Both the position numbers and the translations under genes were made by a program. A model generated the notes under the pieces. It was not told the origin of the DNA, made no database searches, and worked only from the letters and a program-made list of their open reading frames with translations. A stretch of DNA of 32,000 nt from Buchnera aphidicola (Neophyllaphis podocarpi) (GTDB taxonomy: Bacteria > Pseudomonadota > Gammaproteobacteria > Enterobacterales > Enterobacteriaceae): positions 210,001-242,000 of the forward strand of contig NZ_OZ060386.1 in assembly GCF_964059055.1 (NCBI RefSeq), read 5' to 3'. Below, one piece after another: positions 26,997-32,000 of this stretch (positions within the stretch are counted from its first letter, which is position 1; each line of letters starts with the position of its first letter).

Positions 26997-29408
26997 ATGA
27001 TAATTAAATTAATTTTTTTAGTTTTGTTTTTTTTAATTTTTTGTGTATATAGTTATGGATTTACTTATTATAAGATTATTTTTAAAGGATTAAATTTAGC
27101 TTCTAGTGAAAAAATTTATAGAATAATTACAAATAATCAAATTAATAAAATATCTAATGTTAATATTAAAAAAAGTATATTTAAGTTATTTAATACTAGT
27201 TATTTTGAAAAAATTGATGTTTTTGTTGACAAAAATAAAATTTTTTTTAATTTTAAAGAACATCCTATTATTGATGATATTCACTATATTGATAATAGAT
27301 ATGTTAATTCTAAATATATTAATAATATTGCTAATAATTTAGGTATTAATGTTAATTTTTTTTTAAATCCAAGAGTTTTATTTTTATTTAAAAAAAAATT
27401 AGAAGATTTATATAAAAGATTAGGAAGTTATAACACTGTAGTTAAAATATTTTATTCTTACAAATCTACTAATCATATAATTTTAAAAATCGTATTTTTT
27501 GAAAAGAAATTATTATCTTTTGATAAAATTTTTTTTTCTAAAAAAAATATAGTTCAATTAAATAAAAATTTTTCTTATTGTAATTTAAAAAATAGTTTAG
27601 ATTTTTTATCTATTTTTGATAGATTTTATTGTAAATTTAATCCTAGTTCATTTATAAATTATTTAAATTTATTACAGAGTTATTTTTTTAATCATGGATA
27701 TATAAATTTTAATCTAAATTATATAAAAAGTAATTATATAGAAAGTAGAAATAAAATTTCAATTTTACTTGATTTAAAACAAGGAAAAAGATTTAGAATA
27801 TCTAAATTTTTTTTACATATTTATCCTGATATTTTTTATGATTATATATCAAATATTATTTTGATTAATTCTGGTGAAGTATTCAATTATAAAAAAATTC
27901 TTTGCATTAATAAAAAAATTGCAGAATTTTTAAAAAATAATGGTTATATAAACTATTCCTTAGATTTATATCCTATAATTAATTATAAAGATAAAACAGT
28001 TGAATTACATTTTAATATAATTACAAATAATCGTTATCTAGTAAATAACATTTATTATGTTAATAATAATTATATTAAAAATCAAACTTTAAATTTGATT
28101 CTTAGTCAAAAACAGAAAAAATGGTATAGAGAAAACTTAATTATTTCAGATAAAAATCATCTTCTTAGTTCAGAATATTTTGATAATTTAGATATTAAAA
28201 TAAAAAAATCTCCTAATTCATTAAATAAAATCGACTTATTTTTTTATTTTAAAGAAAAAAACAATAATTTATTAAATTTTGGAGTTAGTTATGGTAGCTC
28301 TAGTAATGTTAGTTTGAATTTAAATTTAATCAAAAAAAAAATATTTAAAACAGAGCATATTTTAAATATAAACAATATTAAAAATATTAACGAATCTAAT
28401 GGTGAAATATCTATTTTTAATCCTTATTTATTCAAATATTTAAAAAGCATAAAAAGTATTTTTTTTTACAAACATAAGAATAATGATCCATTAAAATTAC
28501 CTGATTATTTTAATAATACTTATGGATCAAATTTCATTTTTGAAATTTTTAATAAGAAAAAACATTCATTTTTTTTAAATTTAGAATATTTGCATGATTT
28601 TAATTCTAAAAATTTTTCTCAATTTTTTATATGGAATGATTTTAATTTATATAATAATTTTATAAATACTACTAAATATCATAATTATTCTTTTGATAGT
28701 TTTTTTATAAAATTTTTATGGAATTTTAATAATTTTGATAATTTGATATTTCCTAAGATAGGTAGTAGTATCTTTTTTAAAAGTAAATTTGTTATTCCTT
28801 TATATAATACATGTTACTTTAAATCTGTTTTAGAAATTAAAAACTATATTCCTTTTAATATAAATAAAAATTTTATATTATTTAATAACATAAAATTAGG
28901 ATTTGGTAATTCTTTATATAACAGTCACTATCCATTTAATGAAAGTTTTTATTTAAAAACCTCTAATTCTGTAAGAAATTTAAATTATAACAGTATCTTT
29001 TATAAATTACATTCTACACATGATTACTATTTAAAATATTCTGAATATAACAATAATTTTTTAAATAAATTTAATAATATAACCGGAGGTAATACTTTTT
29101 TTTTAACAAATTCTGAAATGATATTTCCTGTACCTTTTTTAAATAATTCTTATATTGATAATTTAAGAATGTCTATTTTTTTAGATTTAGGTAATATCTG
29201 GAATGTTAATTTATTAAATACATTGAAATATTTTAGTAAAAGTATTACTGCTAATAAATATCAAAATATATATAATTTACATGTTACAACTGGAATATCT
29301 GTAAAATTTTTATCTCCAATAGGTATTATGACATTTTCATTCGGATATCCTTTGTATAAACAAACTGGTGATTCTATTGAATTTTTTAAATTAAATTTAG
29401 AAAAATAA
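26997..29408 (+). CDS. bamA: Outer membrane protein assembly factor BamA (Omp85 family), highly diverged
   Basis: 803 aa against 810 in E. coli, with a signal peptide. Position after uppS is conserved. Recognisable islands are KEHPII (KERPTI), FGVSYGSS (FGIGYGTESG), PFNESFY....S.VR, TGGN, MSIFLDLGNIWN (TSFFWDMGTVWD) and the C-terminal GISVKFLSPIGIMTFSFGYPL ([21 protein letters not shown]). Elsewhere similarity is swamped by N/K/I/F/Y bias. Confidence 0.9.
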   Translation: MIIKLIFLVLFFLIFCVYSYGFTYYKIIFKGLNLASSEKIYRIITNNQINKISNVNIKKSIFKLFNTSYFEKIDVFVDKNKIFFNFKEHPIIDDIHYIDNRYVNSKYINNIANNLGINVNFFLNPRVLFLFKKKLEDLYKRLGSYNTVVKIFYSYKSTNHIILKIVFFEKKLLSFDKIFFSKKNIVQLNKNFSYCNLKNSLDFLSIFDRFYCKFNPSSFINYLNLLQSYFFNHGYINFNLNYIKSNYIESRNKISILLDLKQGKRFRISKFFLHIYPDIFYDYISNIILINSGEVFNYKKILCINKKIAEFLKNNGYINYSLDLYPIINYKDKTVELHFNIITNNRYLVNNIYYVNNNYIKNQTLNLILSQKQKKWYRENLIISDKNHLLSSEYFDNLDIKIKKSPNSLNKIDLFFYFKEKNNNLLNFGVSYGSSSNVSLNLNLIKKKIFKTEHILNINNIKNINESNGEISIFNPYLFKYLKSIKSIFFYKHKNNDPLKLPDYFNNTYGSNFIFEIFNKKKHSFFLNLEYLHDFNSKNFSQFFIWNDFNLYNNFINTTKYHNYSFDSFFIKFLWNFNNFDNLIFPKIGSSIFFKSKFVIPLYNTCYFKSVLEIKNYIPFNINKNFILFNNIKLGFGNSLYNSHYPFNESFYLKTSNSVRNLNYNSIFYKLHSTHDYYLKYSEYNNNFLNKFNNITGGNTFFLTNSEMIFPVPFLNNSYIDNLRMSIFLDLGNIWNVNLLNTLKYFSKSITANKYQNIYNLHVTTGISVKFLSPIGIMTFSFGYPLYKQTGDSIEFFKLNLEK

Positions 29409-29445
29409 CTATAAAAAAATTTTAAAATTTTTTAGGAAAAATATT

Positions 29446-29892
29446 TTGAATACTAATATTAATAAATTAACATTTAAAGAAATTTTAAATTTGTTACCTC
29501 ATAGATATCCTTTTTTATTAGTAGATAAAATAATAAAGATAGTAAAGTATAAGTATATTAAAACTATAAAAAATGTTTCATTTAATGAGCCTTTTTTTAA
29601 TGGGCATTTTCCTGGTGATCCTATTTTTCCCGGTGTATTATTAATAGAATCTATGGCGCAAACAGCAGGAATTTTGGCTGTTGCTAGTATGTCTAAGTTA
29701 GAACATAAAGATTTATATCATTTAGTTGGCGTTGATAAAGCTCGTTTTAAAAATCCTGTATTTCCAGGAGATCAAATAACAACAGAGGTATATTACAAAA
29801 AATATAAAAGAAAAATTATACTTTTTAAATCAATATCTAAAGTAAATGAAAAAATAATTTGTAAAGCAAATATTATGTGCATGAAAAAATAA
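29446..29892 (+). CDS. fabZ: 3-hydroxyacyl-ACP dehydratase FabZ (TTG start)
   Basis: 148 aa. ILNLLPHRYPFLLVDKI, NEPFFNGHFPG.PIFPGVLLIESMAQ and VD.ARFK.PV.PGDQ match E. coli FabZ. TTG at 29446 is the only plausible start, as there is no in-frame ATG until mid-protein. AGGA lies 8 nt upstream. Confidence 0.95.
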   Translation: MNTNINKLTFKEILNLLPHRYPFLLVDKIIKIVKYKYIKTIKNVSFNEPFFNGHFPGDPIFPGVLLIESMAQTAGILAVASMSKLEHKDLYHLVGVDKARFKNPVFPGDQITTEVYYKKYKRKIILFKSISKVNEKIICKANIMCMKK

Positions 29893-30050
29893 TCTAAAAT
29901 TTATAATATTTTTTATTAATACATTCAGCATATTTGTTATTAAATTTAATTTAAAACACGTTATTTTATATAGTTTTATTTCAATTTAAATATTTTTAAA
30001 AGTTTTAAATTTTAATAAAAAATTTTTTTATTTTTTATAGGTATAATATA

Positions 30051-30650
30051 ATGTTTAAATTAATTTATAAAAATTATAATTTAATTGCAGGTGTAGATGA
30101 AGTTGGTTGTGGCGCATTAGCAGGACCAGTTGTTGCCGCTGCTGTAATTTTAAACGAAAAATTTAAAATACATGGATTAAAAGATTCTAAAAAAATTTCT
30201 ATCAAAAATCGTTTATATATTAGTAAAGAAATTAAAAAAAAATCTTTAGATTGGCATATAGGAGTTGCTAATGCTCAAGAAGTAGATAAATTTAACATTT
30301 TAAACGCTAGAATGATAGCTATGAAAAGAGCTATTTTAGGTCTTAACTTAAAACCTAGTTATATATTTATTGATGGTAATAAATCTCCAAATATTTCTAT
30401 TCCTATTCATTGCGTTGTTAATGGTGATAATATTATCAAAGAGATTAGCGCAGCTTCTATTATAGCTAAAGTTATACGTGATAGTAAATTAAATAAAATT
30501 CATTCATATTTTCCTGAATATAATTTTAATAAAAACAAAGGTTACCCAACTAAAGATCATATATTAGCTATTCGTAAGTTTGGTGTAACTAATTTACATC
30601 GTTTAAGTTTTTCTCCTATGTCTAGTTTTATACACATTGATCACAAATAA
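30051..30650 (+). CDS. rnhB: Ribonuclease HII
   Basis: 199 aa (E. coli 198). Matches: IAGVDEVGCGALAGPVVAAAVIL, GL.DSKK.S, DGN, ISAASI.AKV.RD and KGYPT..H. Confidence 0.96.
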   Translation: MFKLIYKNYNLIAGVDEVGCGALAGPVVAAAVILNEKFKIHGLKDSKKISIKNRLYISKEIKKKSLDWHIGVANAQEVDKFNILNARMIAMKRAILGLNLKPSYIFIDGNKSPNISIPIHCVVNGDNIIKEISAASIIAKVIRDSKLNKIHSYFPEYNFNKNKGYPTKDHILAIRKFGVTNLHRLSFSPMSSFIHIDHK

Positions 30651-30672
30651 AGTTATTTTGAGATTTTGTTAA

Positions 30673-32000
30673 ATGAAAAATCCTAAATTTATTCACTTAC
30701 GCGTACATAGTGACTATTCTTTAATTAATGGTTTATCTAAACCTGAATCGATAATAAATAAAGCTGTTGAAATTGGAATGCCTGCTATTGCTTTAAATGA
30801 TTTATTTAATTTGTCGGGGATAATTAAATTTTATCGTCATGCTCATATCATGGGCATTAAACCTATTATAGGTGTAGATTTTAAAGTTTATAATAAATTG
30901 TTAAAAAATACTGTATATTTAACTATATTAGCCATAAATAGCATAGGGTATAAGAATATTATTTCGTTAACATCAGAAGCTTATAATAATATCGTTCAAT
31001 TTAAAGACCCTACTATTAAATACAGCGACTTAGTAAAATATAATCAAGGTTTAATTATACTTTCTGGAGGTATATATGGAGATATAGGAAAAAGCATTTT
31101 AATAAAAAATAAACATTTTATAAATCTTTTTTTAGAATTTTATAAAAAATACTTTTTAAATTTTTATTATATAGATATATCTAGAATTAATCGTAAACAT
31201 GAAGTTCAATATTTTAATGATATAATTTATTATGCATTAAAATATAAAATTCCTTTAGTAGCTACAAATGAAGTATGCTTTTTAAATAAAAACGATTTTA
31301 GCATACATCAAATTAAAGTAAAAATACAAGAAAATTCTTCTTTAAACTTATCAAAATCTTTTTATGATTATACTGAAAACCAGTTTATGAAAACAGAAAA
31401 AGAAATGTTAGATTTGTTTTCAGATATACCTGAATCTTTACAAAATAGTGTAGAAATAGCTAAAAGATGTAATTTAATAATACCTTTATATAATCATTTT
31501 TTACCTATATTTCCTACTAAAAATATTAGTAATAAAAATTTTTTAGTAAAAAAAGCTAAAAAAGGTTTAATTAATAGATTTAAAAATTCTTTAAATATAG
31601 GTAATAATAAAGATTTATATTTAAAATATTTTAATAGATTAAATTATGAGCTAAAAGTAATAAATAAAATGGGATTTTCCAGTTATTTTTTGGTTGTAAT
31701 GGAATTTATAAAATGGTCTAAATATAATAATATTCCTGTTGGTCCTGGTAGAGGTTCTGGTGCAGGTTCACTAGTAGCATATGCATTGGAGATTACTGAA
31801 ATAGATCCTATTTACTTTGATTTATTATTTGAGCGTTTTTTAAATTTAGAAAGAACTTTTATGCCTGATTTTGATATTGATTTTTGTATGGATAGAAGAG
31901 ATGAAGTAATAGATCATGTTTCTAAGGTATATGGCAGAGAATCTGTATCTCAAATTGTTACTTTTGGTACTATGGCAGCAAAAGCAGTAATTAGAGACGT
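30673..32000 (+). CDS. dnaE: DNA polymerase III alpha subunit, 5' part (442 codons); continues beyond the window end
   Basis: Absent from the ORF track because there is no stop in the window. Hand translation from ATG 30673 gives [24 protein letters not shown] (E. coli [23 protein letters not shown]). Near the end it reads [47 protein letters not shown]...[13 protein letters not shown]. Confidence 0.97.
   Translation, partial: MKNPKFIHLRVHSDYSLINGLSKPESIINKAVEIGMPAIALNDLFNLSGIIKFYRHAHIMGIKPIIGVDFKVYNKLLKNTVYLTILAINSIGYKNIISLTSEAYNNIVQFKDPTIKYSDLVKYNQGLIILSGGIYGDIGKSILIKNKHFINLFLEFYKKYFLNFYYIDISRINRKHEVQYFNDIIYYALKYKIPLVATNEVCFLNKNDFSIHQIKVKIQENSSLNLSKSFYDYTENQFMKTEKEMLDLFSDIPESLQNSVEIAKRCNLIIPLYNHFLPIFPTKNISNKNFLVKKAKKGLINRFKNSLNIGNNKDLYLKYFNRLNYELKVINKMGFSSYFLVVMEFIKWSKYNNIPVGPGRGSGAGSLVAYALEITEIDPIYFDLLFERFLNLERTFMPDFDIDFCMDRRDEVIDHVSKVYGRESVSQIVTFGTMAAKAVIRD

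Noticed and set aside
3213-27342. All remaining short antisense ORFs in the track (3213, 3470, 4307, 5463, 7756, 8629, 10472, 12693, 13595, 14348, 17129, 20468, 21511, 26273, 27157)
   Set aside because: Each is nested antisense in, or in the same-strand alternate frame of (27157), a confidently identified conserved gene. They encode F/I/L/N-rich peptides typical of A+T-rich out-of-frame translation, and several use TTG or GTG starts. There is no evidence of function.
29411-29432. All-A/T palindromes such as AAAAAATTTTAAAATTTTTT after bamA, and similar ones after uppS (about 26899-26921) and dxr (about 26092-26109)
   Set aside because: These are low-complexity A-run/T-run juxtapositions expected by chance at this base composition. 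The predicted stems would be very weak, so I do not call them terminators.
29893-30050. Possible pseudogene remnants of lpxA/lpxB (here), skp/lpxD (29409-29445) and cdsA/rseP (26889-26996) in the spacers
   Set aside because: The spacers are too short and too A+T-degraded for me to recognise any residual coding similarity by eye. This would need alignment to relatives.
1-32000. Search for CRISPR arrays, transposases/IS ends, integrases, phage genes, toxin-antitoxin or defence operons, and longer direct repeats
   Set aside because: None seen. Every ORF over about 90 aa on the coding strands is a recognisable housekeeping orthologue in conserved order, and the intergenic space is minimal. The window is ordinary core genome apart from the expression anomalies reported.

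Overview
By eye this window is roughly 80% A+T and is densely packed, syntenic core genome. It looks like a reduced Enterobacterales-derived obligate insect endosymbiont with Buchnera-like gene order; I cannot name the species from sequence alone.

Minus strand, 1-18150: one co-directional block, ilvI-ilvH-rsmH-ftsL-ftsI-murE-murF-mraY-murD-ftsW-murG-murC-ddlB-ftsQ-ftsA-ftsZ. The ftsZ 3' end runs off the window. Spacers in this block are at most 45 nt.

The rest of the window:
- degP (+)
- a strong bidirectional terminator
- dapD and map (-)
- rpsB-tsf-pyrH-frr-dxr-uppS-bamA-fabZ-rnhB-dnaE (+), with dnaE truncated by the window end

Compared with the E. coli K-12 order as I recall it, these genes are cleanly missing: cra, mraZ, glnD, cdsA, rseP, skp, lpxD, lpxA and lpxB. 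The lipid II / peptidoglycan and divisome genes are kept while the lipid A genes of this locus are gone.

I found no mobile element, CRISPR array, tRNA/rRNA, defence island or unexplained multi-gene system. I do not think a novel system is encoded here.

The signals worth a second look are gene-expression anomalies in otherwise intact essential genes:
1. ftsQ, murG and ftsI each have their ATG start cut off from the conserved body by a 9-A homopolymer within the first 4-12 codons. In all three, exactly one extra A restores the frame. This fits transcriptional slippage or an assembly undercall.
2. mraY carries an in-frame TGA at codon 4, at the position where E. coli MraY has Trp4.
3. BamA is extremely diverged, with a degenerate loop-6 VRGF motif.

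All homology statements come from hand alignment to E. coli proteins recalled from memory and should be confirmed by real alignments.
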